A stretch of DNA of 64,000 nt from Eledone cirrhosa (taxonomy: Eukaryota): NCBI GenBank assembly GCA_964016885.1, contig OZ024740.1, forward strand, positions 191,208,001-191,272,000, written 5' to 3'. Positions 14,805-28,254 of this stretch are shown here, in pieces. The notes under the pieces were generated by a model. It searched no databases, had not been told where the DNA came from, and saw only the letters and a program-made list of their open reading frames with translations. Both the position numbers and the translations under genes were made by a program. Position 1 is the first letter of the stretch. Each line of letters starts with the position of its first letter.

Positions 14805-16310
14805 CGTGGAGAAAACTGGATATTAGCAGTAAGCTATGAACTCTATTATGGGTGCCCTACTCAAACAAAACACATCTCCGCAGGATATATTTATATTAAA
14901 ATAAAACTAAATTGATTAATATCATCAGACAAGCTTTCAAGAATATTAGAGGATTGAAAGAAAGGTGCATTCAAAACATCGAATTTTAAATTTACAAGAG
15001 CCACGTATAAACGTGGGTATGTTTACAGTCATGCAAAATTTAAGGTTTATTATTGATGTTTTTTTCCCGCAAGCATGTTTAAGGTATGTTAGATCTGTGA
15101 ATTGGTTATAGCAGTGGCTGCTAAAAAGACGTGTTTCTTTAAATATATATTATATTCAAATATATACGTATTATAGAAATATTTGAAAAATATTTTGATT
15201 TTCGTTAGTCAGGTATCTCATGTAAGTTCAAAATGCTCCAGAGCTTACCAACTTCCGTCACAATCCCATCCACGAGCACTCTTTATGTGACTTGTACATT
15301 AGCCACCGCACTAATCGACACTAGCCATATTTTATTTTCAATCTATTCCGAAAGAATGAACGACTATATTGGATACATCATTAGTAAACATGAGATACTA
15401 AGAAATACGTAGACTCAATTAAATAGTGTAACGCATGTTACAAATCATCTGACAGAATTTGAAACAAGTGGTATATACGTCGAGCGTAGTCATTCTGCTC
15501 ACTCCTCTAATGCTACTGTTCTGATCAATGCTAACTGACTTTGGCTGACACAATTACAACTGATCAACGAGGGTATAATATTGACACGATCATTTTCATA
15601 TATCATAGGTTTTTGTCGTGTAGAAACAAATAGGGGCTCCACCTCATCGTTCGAAAGATTGCTAAAGAGGAATGTAAACTTTTCTTCAAATCACTGCCTT
15701 TAGTTATAAAAGTATTTACGGATACATGCTATTTCGTAAATCATATGTTTAAAAGTGGTTCCTGGTGTGCGTTAGAATTTACGAAATTTGCTTCGGTGGA
15801 GCGTCTACAGCAAGTGGATATTTAAAAGTCTAGAGTCGAACCAAGCCATGAGAATAAATGTCGCATAGGGGACTCATTCCCCCCGCCTCCTATAATTATA
15901 TGTTTCTCCCCAAACTACCAAAGCACACTTCTACTTGTATATGCGCTACAATTTAGGTACATTTTATGTTTATCGCATATAGAAGTTTGATATATCTTGG
16001 TTGATATTTGATAATATAATGTCAACATTCCAAGTAAATGTTTTTGTCATGTCATACATTTTTCTCCACCTTACTATTTGCCAATTGCTAGTATGTGTAT
16101 TTAGAGACAGATTTAATAGGACATATTGGTGTAATTACTTTATAATTATTGAAAGTTGTAGATGTAATATGACCGGGTTGGACTCCAATTGTATTTTCTG
16201 ACCATTTTTGAGTGCAAAAAACTAAACTATTCACTACAACTAAATTAATAAATTTGACCCACACAACTCGAATTTAGAAATGCTTCCACCACCGAGTTAT
16301 AAATATATAT

Positions 16311-16673
16311 ACACTCTCGGATCCTAGATAATAAATAATAGGGGGAATAAGCAGGTGGGGAAGGTGAACATTTGGTTAAATTCTTATAAGCGCGCGGGGG
16401 CGGGGGGGGGGTAGGTAATCGCATAGTGTATGTTCGGTAATACGGCATTTCTAGTAATGTTTTTTTTTTTGTCATATATGTGTTTTATTTTATGTAAAAT
16501 AAAATTATTATTAGATTCGCCAGCTGTTGTTTCGATATGAATCACTTACAATAAAATTTCGCAGGAGATAAATTAGCAAAATCTAATAAGGGATAAAAGC
16601 TGGGGGCCGGATCTGAAAAATTAACAAGTGTTTGTGGTTGGGAGGTGGGGCGATTATTCAAGGCCTGAGAGTA
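16311..16673. mobile_element. MITE-like element with imperfect terminal inverted repeats
   Basis: Left actctcggatcctagataat vs right attattcaaggcctgagagta. Its right ~250 bp recurs as a direct repeat at ~19420-19670. Confidence 0.45.
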
Positions 16674-19390
16674 ATTGATATAGAGAAGGGTATTGGGAGA
16701 GACTGCTGTATGTTACATATTGAGAGGGGGAGTGTGAGTGGTGATTGGTAATAGAGAGGAGTATAATGAGAGACAGAGTCGTGATAGATATAACGAGGAG
16801 GAGAGTTTAGTGTTAATTGATATAGAGAGGGTATTGGAAAATAGTACGGTGTAGTGGATATATATAGAGAGAGTATAATGGTAATTGATTTAGAGAGGGG
16901 TAATGTAAAATAATGTTGAATAGTAGATATTGAGAGGGGGAGAAATTATTTGTAATGAATATAGAGAGGGGATTCACAAAGTATTTTGTATGGGAGATAT
17001 AGAGAGTTAGAGAAAGCTGTAGTAATGAATATAGGGAGGGTGATTGGGAGTGGGTGCCGTGTCATAGATACAAAGAGGGATAACTTTTACTGGAGAGTTA
17101 TGAAGTGAGGGAGTATGGGAGAGAAATGTAGAAATAGATAGAGAAAGGGGGATAATTTGATGGTAGTAGATATAGAGAGGGGAATTATAGAGAGTGGGTG
17201 AGATTGGTGTTAATGGATATCGTCAGTGGGATATTGAGTGTGTGCCGTGTGTTAAATATAGAGAGGGGGAGAGTTTGCTGTTAATGGCTATACAGAGAGG
17301 GAAAATGTAATTGTTTTGTATGGGAGATTATGAATAGTAGATATAGAAATGGGGTATTGACAGAGAGTTGGAGAGAGGGAGTGAGAGGGTTGTGTGGTAG
17401 ATATAGAGAGGGGAACAGTTTGTTGTTAATTTATAGAGAAGTGGATAATGAGAATGTTGTAAGTTAAATAAATATAGGTTGATAGTTTGGTGGTTATTGG
17501 TATAGAGAGGGGGATTGGGAGCGACATGTAGATAGATATATAGAGGGGGAGGGGTGGAAGAGACTGTGTCGTGATATATATAGAGAGGGGGTACGTTTGG
17601 AGGTGATGGATATAGAGGGGAAATTGGGAGAGAGTGTTGTATGGTAGATATAGGGAGTGGGAGAGAGTGGTGGTGTTTTATATATAGAGGCGAATTTATA
17701 TATAGATATGTAGAGGGGGACTGTTATATATATAGAGAGAGATATAGAGAGGACGAGAGTTTGGTAGTAATAGTTTGAGTGACGTGGATTGGGACAGAGT
17801 GATGTATATTAAACATAGAGAGGAGGAGAGTTGACAGGTGATGGATAGAGAGATGAATTGAGAGAGTGTCGTACATATTGTATACAATATGTTGTACATA
17901 TAGAGATGGGGAGAGTTGTGCGTTCATTGATATTGAGATGGGATTGGAAGAGATTTCCGTGTAGTAGATTTAGAGATAGTGAGAGTACTGTGGTAATTGA
18001 TATAGAGAGGGGTATTGAAATATTGTGTTGCATGGTAGATAGAGAGGGGGGGCTGGTTGGTAATGTATATAGAGAGGGGGATTTGGAGAGTGTATTATAT
18101 GGTAGATATAGAGAGTTGTAGAGTGTTGTAGTAAGTAATATATAAAGGAGGAGTATTATCAGAGAGTGCCGTGTGGTGAATATAGAGAGGGTGGGGGGAC
18201 TTTGATTGTAATATGGTAATATATTTAGTGAGCGGGATTAAGAGAGGGTTATATATTAGATAGAGAGAGGAGGAGACTGGCGATTGATAGAGAGAGGGGG
18301 ATTGGGAATGATAAGTGTAGATCGATATAGAGAGGGGTGAGTCATGTGATAACTGATATAGAGAGGGTTTTGGGATAAATGTGTAGTATATTAGATCTAG
18401 AGAGGGGGAGATTGATGCTTATCTATACAGATATGGGTATTGCAAGAGTGTACAGTGTAATCGATATAGTGAGGAGGATAGTGTTGTGGTAATTAATGTA
18501 GAGAGGGGGGATTGCAATAAAGATCCTTGTAGTACATATATAGAGCGAGTGAGTTTGGTGTTAAATGATATACCGTGGGTGATTTAGAGAGAGTATTGTA
18601 TATTTGATGTAGAGAGGAGAGTTTATTTGTAATGAATGGAGTGAGAGGTTTATAGTGATAAGTATTGATAGATATAGTGAGCAAGAGAGTTGGGTAGTGA
18701 CGGACAGAGTAAGAGGGAATGAGAGAGAGTGTTATATGGTATATATAGTTAGGGGAATAGTTAGATAGTACTTGATATTGAGAGATTGATTGGGAGAGAG
18801 TGTCGTCTGGTAGATATAGATAGGTGTAGAGTTCAATGTTGTATATATAATGAGGGAGTTGCGTGACATAAATACTGCTATAGGGTGGAATTGGGGGAGA
18901 CAGTGTCGTAAAATATATAGAGGGTAGTTTCCGATGAATAAAAAGAAAACGATTATGAGCGAGTATTGTATAATAAATATATATAGAGAGAGGTAGAGTG
19001 TAATGGTGATTGATAAAGAGAGGGGATTTTGATAGAATGTTCTATATTGGTTATAGGGAGCGGGAGGCTTTTTTAGTTATGGATAGAGTGAGGGGTCAAA
19101 AGAGGGCGATGGGAATGTTTGCTGATGGGAATGTTTGGGGATGTTTTATATAAGAGGGGGATTGGGAAAGTGTTTTGTATGTTAAATATAGAGGGGAGAA
19201 TTTAGTGGTTGTAGATGTAGAGAGAGGGATAATGGGATAATGGGAGACTGTCGTGTACTAGAGATGGGGGGGGGGGGTTATGGGTGATTGATATAGAGAA
19301 TGGGACGTTTGGTGCTAGTGGTGATAGAGAAGGGATTAAACGATAGTTTAAATGATAGACATAGAGAGGTGCAGAATTTGGTAGTAATCG
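16674..19390. repeat. Degenerate purine-rich satellite, ~70-bp dimeric unit with core GATATAGAGAGGGG
   Basis: The core recurs every ~30-40 bp over ~2.7 kb, with a strong G/A strand bias. Confidence 0.85.
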
Positions 19391-19837
19391 TCGGTCCGAA
19401 AAGGGGGTGGAATCGTTAAGTGTATAGTGTACGTACGTAAATATGGCATTTCTAGTAATGTTTCTGTTTTGATTTACATAATGTATTTTGGGGGTTTTGT
19501 TTTGTTTTGTAAAGATTATTATGAGATTCTCCAGCTGTTGTTTCAATATGAATCACAATAGAATATCGCCGGAATAGATTGGCAAAATATAATAAGAAGT
19601 AAAAATGTGGGGAGGGAATATGAAAAATTAACAGGCAAAGGGTGTGACGATTATTCAAGACTTGAGAGTACGTGAATTATTGACGTAGGATAGACAACTA
19701 AATACCGAAGTAGAGTTGAAATATTCATTTATTATGGCTAGGTGATGAGCCTTGTTACTCTCAAGTTTCAACCGTCGACTCACAAGATTATTAGAAGAGA
19801 GCGATGATCATAATAAATGAATGTATATATATATATA

Positions 19838-20420
19838 TTAGTAAAAGGAAAAGAAAATGCTGACAAATTGTTCCCAGTGAAAAATAGTTTAATTAGGAAT
19901 AAGTAAAAATTAGTAATAAGTATTGGTTAGTATTCAGTTTTAGTTTTAATTTTTTACCGGTTGCGCATTTCTAATGCTTTTCAAAAAATAATTTTGAGAT
20001 AGAGCGCCCGTGATGTTTGCTCTAATCTGATTAGTTTTGGAAATTCTACGTGTTTTATGTGAAGAAAAATGGGTCCAGAGGTATTAACATTTGGTTTGTT
20101 GTTGAATGTAACGTGAATGAGTACTATAAGTCTCGCAGCAATTCGTGTTGAAAAATTCTTGAGTCAAAACAATTTTGATTGGTCGGTAGAGGTCACGTGA
20201 ATGTTAAAAATTGATTTTGCGCCAAATCAAGGTTTGTCGAAGAGTGTCCTTTTTCGCCAGATTGAGAAGAAGTCACTGAAAAATAAGTCTTTTAAGATGA
20301 TTATGTGTGTGTGCGTGTGTGTAGTAAAGAGGTTCATTGTTGTGATAATGGTCAGTAGGGATGCGTGTGTGAATTGCAGTCATATTGAAAGGTCAACAGT
20401 TCAGGTGTCTATTAAGACAA

Positions 20421-20475
<55 letters not shown>

Positions 20476-20700
20476 TGTGTGTGTGTGTGGGTGGGTGTGG
20501 GTTTATGTGTGTGTGTGTAGCAGAGTGATTCGTGGTAGAGGGCTTCGGTCAGTAGGAATGTGTCTGTACGTGTGTGGGGGATATTTTAACATGTTGAGAG
20601 AAATTGTTCAGCTCTTGTCTTATCCGGAGAGTGTGTATGTGTGTGTGTGTATGTCTGTTTGTATGTTAGTGTACGCGTTTGTGTGTGTGTGTGTGTGTAT

Positions 20701-20731
<31 letters not shown>

Positions 20732-23203
20732 TAGACCAGTATTTTGGTGATACTGGTAAAAATGGTGTACATTATTCGATATTTTCAGCAAAAACGATTC
20801 TCGCAAGAGAACATCAAAAACATGAATAATAAAAGGTGTGAAATGATATATAGCATTGCCATACACCAAGGTGTGTGTGAGTGTCCAGTTTGAACGTACT
20901 GCAAGGGAAATACATTAGGCCATGCAGTATTGGAATACTTGTGTACAAATATGTATGTGCCCATCAGTGTGCAATGCTTGTGTGCGTATATGTATGTGTG
21001 TGTGTCGGCACGTTTATATCTATAGACATTAAAAGGTATGCAAATTTGTGTATAATTGTGTTGCACCATAGAACGTGTTTACGTACGTCATTGTGTTTAT
21101 ATGTGGATAGAGATGTATGTAGGATGTATACTGATGTAGGTATGTATGTTGAAGTTTGTATGTTGTGGGTTCGTCTTAGGGAGAAGTGTTTAGACGGAAT
21201 CCGTATTTTTTAATAAAGTGAGATTCCTTGCTGATGCGCTGGGTGTGGCTGGCATTATCTTTAAATTTGTAAAGTGGAAAGATTCTAAAGTTGGGATGAT
21301 TTTGGGCGGCACAGGTATCAATGTGTTCACTCAGTGGTATTTTCCTGTATTCCCGTATTTTAATTTGTGATCTATGTACAGTCATGCGTTGGCGAAGGCT
21401 GTTTTTTGTCTGGCCTATGTATTGTTCTCGACAACCTGATCAAGTTAATACATATATTAGATTTTCTGATGCGCATGTGAAATTGTGTTTTACTATAAAA
21501 CGTTGTCCTTCTTTGAAATAGAATTCTGAACCCTCTATTAGGTTGATGCATATGCCACAGTTGGGTCTATCGCATTTATTTTTCTGTGGGTTTCATTGTT
21601 GAGGTTGGCAGTACTTTGGCATGTGTTAGGATGTTTTTCATTGTCTTAGATTGTCTTTTGCTCTTTATGCTATCGTGTGTTCGAAGGATCTGGTTCATTC
21701 TATGGGCCTTTCTTAACACAGGTATGTTCTGGAGGATGGTGTCAAAGGCCTCCTTGTTGAGAGGGTTGTGTGGAGATGTATGGAAGAGGTTTTAGTTTCG
21801 GTTAATTTACTTTAGGGTTTATGATGTCCTGGGTACTGAGTTTTAGGGCACGTTGGATTCCATTGTCAATTCGAGATGCAGGGTAGTCCCTGCCTATGAG
21901 TGTTTCCTTTAGTTCTTGTAGCCGTAAGTAACATGTGTTTTTATTGGAGACTATAGTACAGATTCTCTTGGCAAAGTTGTAGGGAATATTAATTTTAACG
22001 TGTGGCAAGAATTGAAAGGAAGATATTGCTCGTAGTGTGTGGGCGTGTAGTATATGTCTGTTTCTATTTTTTTGTATGAATCTTAATGAGGATGTCGAGG
22101 AAGGGGAGTTGTTGATACGTGTATTCAATCGTAAAGTTAATATCCGTGTTGACCCCATTTATATGGGTGTGAAATTCTTTAAGTTTCTCGCTGTTTTCGT
22201 GCCAAAGGATGAAGAAGTCATCTAGATATGGCTTCCAGTTCTTTTCTATGTGTAAGTGGAGAGTGTTTCCAAATTCGTTTAGTACTTTAGTGTAGAGGGT
22301 GATTTCTAGGTATCCCATGACTAAGTTGGCATAAGTGGGGGCTGTTTTCGTTCCCATAGCGGTCCCAGCATTCTGTCAGTAGGATTTGTTATTAAAAACG
22401 AAGTAATTGTTCTCCAAGATATGTTATGACAATACTATATATCATTTCACCCCTTTTATTATTAATGTCTTTGATGTTCTTTTGAGAGAATCGTTTTTGC
22501 AAATTACTGAAAATATTGAATAATGTACACCATTTTACCATTATCACAAAAATACTGACCCCCCCCCCCACACACACACGCACACACATATTTGTCTTAA
22601 TAGACACCTGAACTCTTGACCTTTCAACATGACTGCAATTCACACACACATCCCTACTGACCATTATCACAACAATGAACCTCTTTACTACACACACAAA
22701 CACACACACATTTGTCTTAAAAGACTTATTTTTCAGTGACTTCTGAATCAGGCGAAAAAGGACACTCTTCGACAAACCTAGATTTGGAGCAAAATCAATT
22801 TCTAACATTCACGTGACCTCTACCGACCTATCAAAATTGTTTTGACTACAAACATTTAGGCAACACGAATTGCCGCGAACTTATAGTACTTATTCACGTG
22901 ACGTTCAAAAACCAACCAAATCTGAATACCTCTGGAGCCACTTTTTTCACATAAAACAGGTAGAATTTCCAAAACTGATCAGATTAGAGCAAACATCACG
23001 GGCGCTCTATTTCAAAATTATTTCTGAAAAGCATTAGAAATTGCAACCGGTAAAGACTTAAAACTAAACTGAATACTAACCAATACTTATTACTAATTTT
23101 TACTTATTCCTAATTAAACTATTTTTCACTGGGAACAATTTGTCACCATATTCGTTTCCTTTTACTAATATATCACAACTCGTGTGTTACACCTCTATTC
23201 TTT

Positions 23204-23205
<2 letters not shown>
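19838..23205 (-). mobile_element. 5'-truncated Penelope-like element with inverted pLTR
   Basis: 19838-20865 is the reverse complement of ~22425-23172 (second arm has an internal deletion). RT/EN remnant between the arms, ~30-nt tail at 23173-23205, (TA)n on both sides. Confidence 0.9.
21176..22420 (-). pseudogene. PLE reverse transcriptase C-half plus GIY-YIG endonuclease (degenerate)
   Basis: GTAMGTKTAPTYANLVMG, WKPYLDDFFILW, LPFLDILI, INIPYNFAKRICTIVS, CDRPNCGIC, FTCASENLIYVL, YIGQTKNSLRQRMTVH, LSEHIDTC; stops and frameshifts. Confidence 0.92.
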
Positions 23206-23290
<85 letters not shown>

Positions 23291-23573
23291 TAAATCATGT
23301 CTTTAGAATTATTAGATAAAATATATACCGTTTCTTCTTCCAATTAGCATAATTAACCATATCAAAAATCAATTAGACCAAGCTATAAGAAGAAAGGCTC
23401 TTATGAAGAAATCTTCGACAAATAACCGAAAGTGGCCTCTTCGCGGTGGCCCCAATATAGTATATTTATCCAACATTTCGACAGCATGTGGAAACTGACT
23501 AAATCTATCATCAACCATACACAATTAGGTGTAAAATTAAACTTAGAAGAAATGTGTACATACCGTAATTATA

Positions 23574-23648
23574 TCTCTAGCATGGTTTCATCCGAATTTT
23601 TAGACATCCAATTAATAGGAATGTCCTGAGTTAGGATTCATCAGGAGA
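23574..23648 (-). ncRNA. Type I hammerhead ribozyme, branched stem II (left copy)
   Basis: Minus strand: tctc CTGATGA atcc...ggat GAAA ccatgc TA gaga. Confidence 0.7.
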
Positions 23649-24231
23649 CAAACTCAAAACCAGACATCTAGTTTTTCAACCTGATCGCGCCGAAATTAGA
23701 TTAAAACATGGCTAAGAATCTCTATGTGGCTGTGGTCAAGCTAGAAAGAATGTGATTGGTTGCTTACGGCGGGTTGGCTTGTTGCTAGAAAGCGCAGCCA
23801 AATATCGCCAAATTTAATCTCAACCTAACGGGAGATTTTTAAATATAAAGTTTTACATATACATAAAATTATAGATATATATGTTGCAACCGGTCACTTT
23901 TAAGCTCTATGAAGAATTAATAAATTAAATAATCAGAGCAATATATCATAAATCATGTCTTTAGAATTATTAGATAAAATATATACCGTTTCTTCTTCCA
24001 ATTAGCATAATTAACCATATAAAAAAATCAATTAGACCAAGCTATAAGAAGAAAGGCTCTTATGAAGAAATCTTCGACAAATAACCAAAAGTGGCCTCTT
24101 CGCGGTGGCCCCAATATAGTATATTTATCCAACATTTCGACAGCATGTGGAAACTGACTAAATATAACATCAACCATACACAATTAGGTGTAAAATTAAC
24201 TTAGAAGAAACGTGTACATACCGTAATTATA

Positions 24232-24306
24232 TCTCTACCATGGTTTCATCCGTATTTTTAGACATCCAATTAATAGGAATGTCCTGAGTCAGGATTCATC
24301 AGGAGA
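24232..24306 (-). ncRNA. Type I hammerhead ribozyme, branched stem II (right copy)
   Basis: Minus strand: tctc CTGATGA atcc-tgactcag-gacattcc..gatgtc..ggat GAAA ccatgg TA gaga; palindromic stem III ACCATGGT. Confidence 0.78.
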
Positions 24307-24526
24307 CAAACTCAAAACCAGACATCTAGTTTTTCAACCTGATCGCGCCGAAATTAGATTAAAAAATGGCTAAGAATCGCAAAGTGTCTGTGGTCAAGCT
24401 AGAAAGAATGTATATATATATGTATGTATATATCATATAGAAGCTGAATAAATTGGGTATAATACCAGTTTCTTACAAAATGGGTAAGGATAAAAATTAT
24501 AATGTTCTGTAATTATGTATATATAA

Positions 24527-24605
<79 letters not shown>

Positions 24606-24659
24606 TACAAGGGTAGTGGAACTGGGAGAGCGAGTGACCCATGAATAACAAAAAAAGAA

Positions 24660-24830
24660 AATTATATTTTCTACCCCAAACTACCAAAATTCACATTTAT
24701 TTAGATATATGCTACAATTTATGTTTATGTTATGTTTATCGCATATAGATATTTTCTGACCATTTTAGAGTGCAAAGAGCGAAACTAATCCCTACAACTT
24801 AATTCACCAAAAATTCAGAAATAATTCCAC
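24660..24830 (+). repeat. Dispersed repeat homologous to 15900-16290
   Basis: Shared ccccaaactaccaaa..tgtttatcgcatataga and tattttctgaccatttt..ctacaact. This copy lacks ~210 bp present at 15983-16190. Confidence 0.7.
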
Positions 24831-25412
24831 TGCCCCTGCCACAAGAGAGACACAGAGTTTTTTTTTCTTTTTTCAAGCATATTTGAAGTTGTTTCACTTT
24901 TACGTACTGGTTTCTACTTTAAAGTTAAGTTATATGACAACATGAATTCGTAATATTAACAAACCGCATTTAAATGTTTATCCGATACAAAATATTAATA
25001 AATTAATCAAAATTATTAGCAAAATATATATTCACAATTACTTTTTTTTAGAACTGAAGAATATTATTTTATTCCATTTCCTCGGTCTATTTAAATAATT
25101 TTACTTTTTTCCAATCGATTTGTGTAAATTATTTAAAACGTAAAAACATAATTGACAAACAAATACAACGGATAATTAATGATCCGTATGAATTCAGGAT
25201 GTTTTTGTAAATGAACCTTAAATTTGTGCATATGAATCGTTGTATTTATTTAAACTGGGAATTAAGTAGCTTAAATTAGTTGTGTAAAGGAGCGTAAACC
25301 GAAAACATTTATGAAAATATTGATAGTTAGTCTCTACATATATTCATTAATTATATCGTCTCTTCGACCCCTGTCTCTGTTTCTCAGACTCTCTCACACG
25401 TTCCCTCCCTTC

Positions 25413-25544
<132 letters not shown>

Positions 25545-25559
25545 TTATATATATTTATA

Positions 25560-25823
25560 TTATTGATAAAATAACAGATTAAAGTTTAAGCAAAGAATCG
25601 CTGCTTTCACCCTTAACGGGATCTTCTGTAACAGAAGATCCCGTCAAAGGTGATAGCAGCGATTCTTTGCTTCAACTTTAATCTGTTAGTTTAATAAATA
25701 TTTGCTCTACGGTTCTTATATATTTGATATATATTCATCCTTATCGAGCCCTCTTTGGATTTTAGTCTTCACATTTATTATTATTAGTATATATATATAT
25801 ATATATATATACACATACACACG

Positions 25824-25869
<46 letters not shown>

Positions 25870-26027
25870 CATACATACTGTCCATCTCTCTCTCTATATA
25901 TATATGTATATATTATATAAGTATGTATACGTACTTATATTTAAGCAACAACCGTACTAAGAGTGAGAAATGAAATTTCGTTTCATTTTTTCCGTTTATT
26001 ATATATATATATATTTATCTATATATC

Positions 26028-26125
<98 letters not shown>

Positions 26126-26770
26126 ATAATAATAAATGTGAAGACTAAAATACAAACAGAGCTCGATAAGGATAAATATATATCAAATATATAAGAACCG
26201 TAGAGCAAATATTTATTAAAATAACAGATTAAAGTTTAAGCAAAGAATCGCTGCTTTCACCCTTAACGGGACCTTCTGAAACTAACAAAGTCAATCTGTA
26301 AACGCAGAAGTGGATATTTCAAAATTCGTTGCAGCCGGAGGCAGACAGGAAGACGATACTTTGGTTCGTGGAAAGGTTCCCTGGCAAAGAACGGGAAAAA
26401 ACGAATATAATACGTCATTAATAGGAGCGGGGAAAAACAATTACACGCAAAGACAGAACCACGTTTATGGTATAAAAGAAGTCGTAGATTAATGTTCTCT
26501 TAGGTGGTTCATACAGACGTTCTCTGGCAATGAACGGAAAAAACGAAGATAATACGTCATATGTGGAGCGTGGAGATCAATTGCACACAAAGACAAAACC
26601 ACGTAAATGGTATAGCTGAAGTCGTAGGCTAAAATTCTAACTAGGAAACCGAATGAATCTCCGCTTCAGTGTTAAGAATAAAGTAAATAAAATACAATAC
26701 AGAGGTAATAGAAAATGAATAAATACATACACGCATGCAAATACGTACATACACAAGCATACGCGAAAAC
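25560..26770. repeat. Dispersed repeat family with local hairpin and inversion
   Basis: Palindrome centred at 25629-25631; 25632-25790 is the reverse complement of 26120-26278; 26213-26770 matches 34683-35245. Fragments at 40705-40775 (-) and 41043-41092. Confidence 0.85.
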
Positions 26771-28254
26771 ACTTGCCAGAGGTATACAAAACGACGTACA
26801 TATAAATATGTGTGTGTGTGTGCGTGTATACAAATAAATAAATAATTAAATAAACGTATATAAATAAATAAATACGTATATAAAAAGCGCACACACATAC
26901 CTACATGTAAATAATACACAAATGTTCGGAGACGACGTCAACCAAAACATGAAGTACACAATACACACACCCTACATACGTACGAACGTGCATACTCACA
27001 CAGACGCAAAACTCATATATATATATATATATATATATATGTTTTCTTTTTAAGAATGTTTGTAAGTTGAAAAAACAAAAGAACAAAATGCTCGCAATCA
27101 CATATTCGTCTCTGTATGTCGGGAAGGATATGAATGTACGTATGGGATATCATATATACTTAGTTTAGGATTAGCATATTTTAATTACCGATATTTAACA
27201 TGGATTATAGGAACATTATTATTGGTATTAGGTTCAATTTAACATTCCTCAGAGATTATAAAATAAATCGTATATATTCATTGATTGTAGAAGTGTGTTA
27301 AGTGCGTTTTCACATCTACATGCATTCTCTCATATAGGGGTTTTACATAGAGATATTAATATTCAAAAATTAAAGAAAATAAATATTTCTGCAAACAAAA
27401 ACAGCTAATATTTCAGGTGGATGTCTTCAAGAAATACATACCAGTAAAAATACAGTATATGCGTCTTTATTCGAAATCATATTTACAAAATTTCATCTGA
27501 TGAAAAAAATGTTATATAAAGTGACTGACTCCTTCCCTACTTGTAGTTAATTTTTTCAAAACCGTATATTATGTTTTGTTTATATGAATCTAGAAGTGAG
27601 TTTGGTAGAAGAAGTTCCACAACAGTTAATTTACTATTTCTGAGAACAATTTGATCATCAGCTTCAATAGCTGTATATTGGTTAAACATATCCCGGATAT
27701 GTGTGTAATTGAAAAGAATATTTTCTATACCAATGCAAGATTCATGAAGGAAATTAAGATATTATTTACTTATCTTATACGTGTTTCAACAAACAAAATA
27801 TGGGGATTACGATAAATGGAAAATGTCATTAGCCTGCAGTATAGTATACAGGAATAAATCGGTAGACTAAGATCTGAGCATAAAAATTTACGCCATCATA
27901 ATTTTTCTTGTGATGTATTTTTCAAGGTGATGTGTTTCTCCAAAGAATTATGTATGTTTTTGGTATTTTTAACTAAACAGAAGGGATGTAAATTCATCTT
28001 TTACTGTTTTAATTTCTTTTTTCGTTTTTATGCCGAGATATTTCTACACGGACATAGTCCTATGTACTGTAAAACAGCTTAATGAAATGCACGAAATAAT
28101 TAAAGTTGTTTGCGTACAAGTATATTATACATCTATATCAATATATCCCTCTATCACCCTCCTTTTTCTGTTTCCGTCTCTCACACTCTCTTTCTCTCTC
28201 GCGCTCTCTCCATCTCCCACACCCGCCCTCTCTCTCTCTCTCTCTTTCTCCACC

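Larger units (their letters stand above)
23286..24411 (-). repeat. Tandem direct repeat (~467-bp copies, 658-bp period), one HHR per copy
   Basis: 23286-23753 is nearly identical to 23944-24411; TA-rich flanks. Confidence 0.9.
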
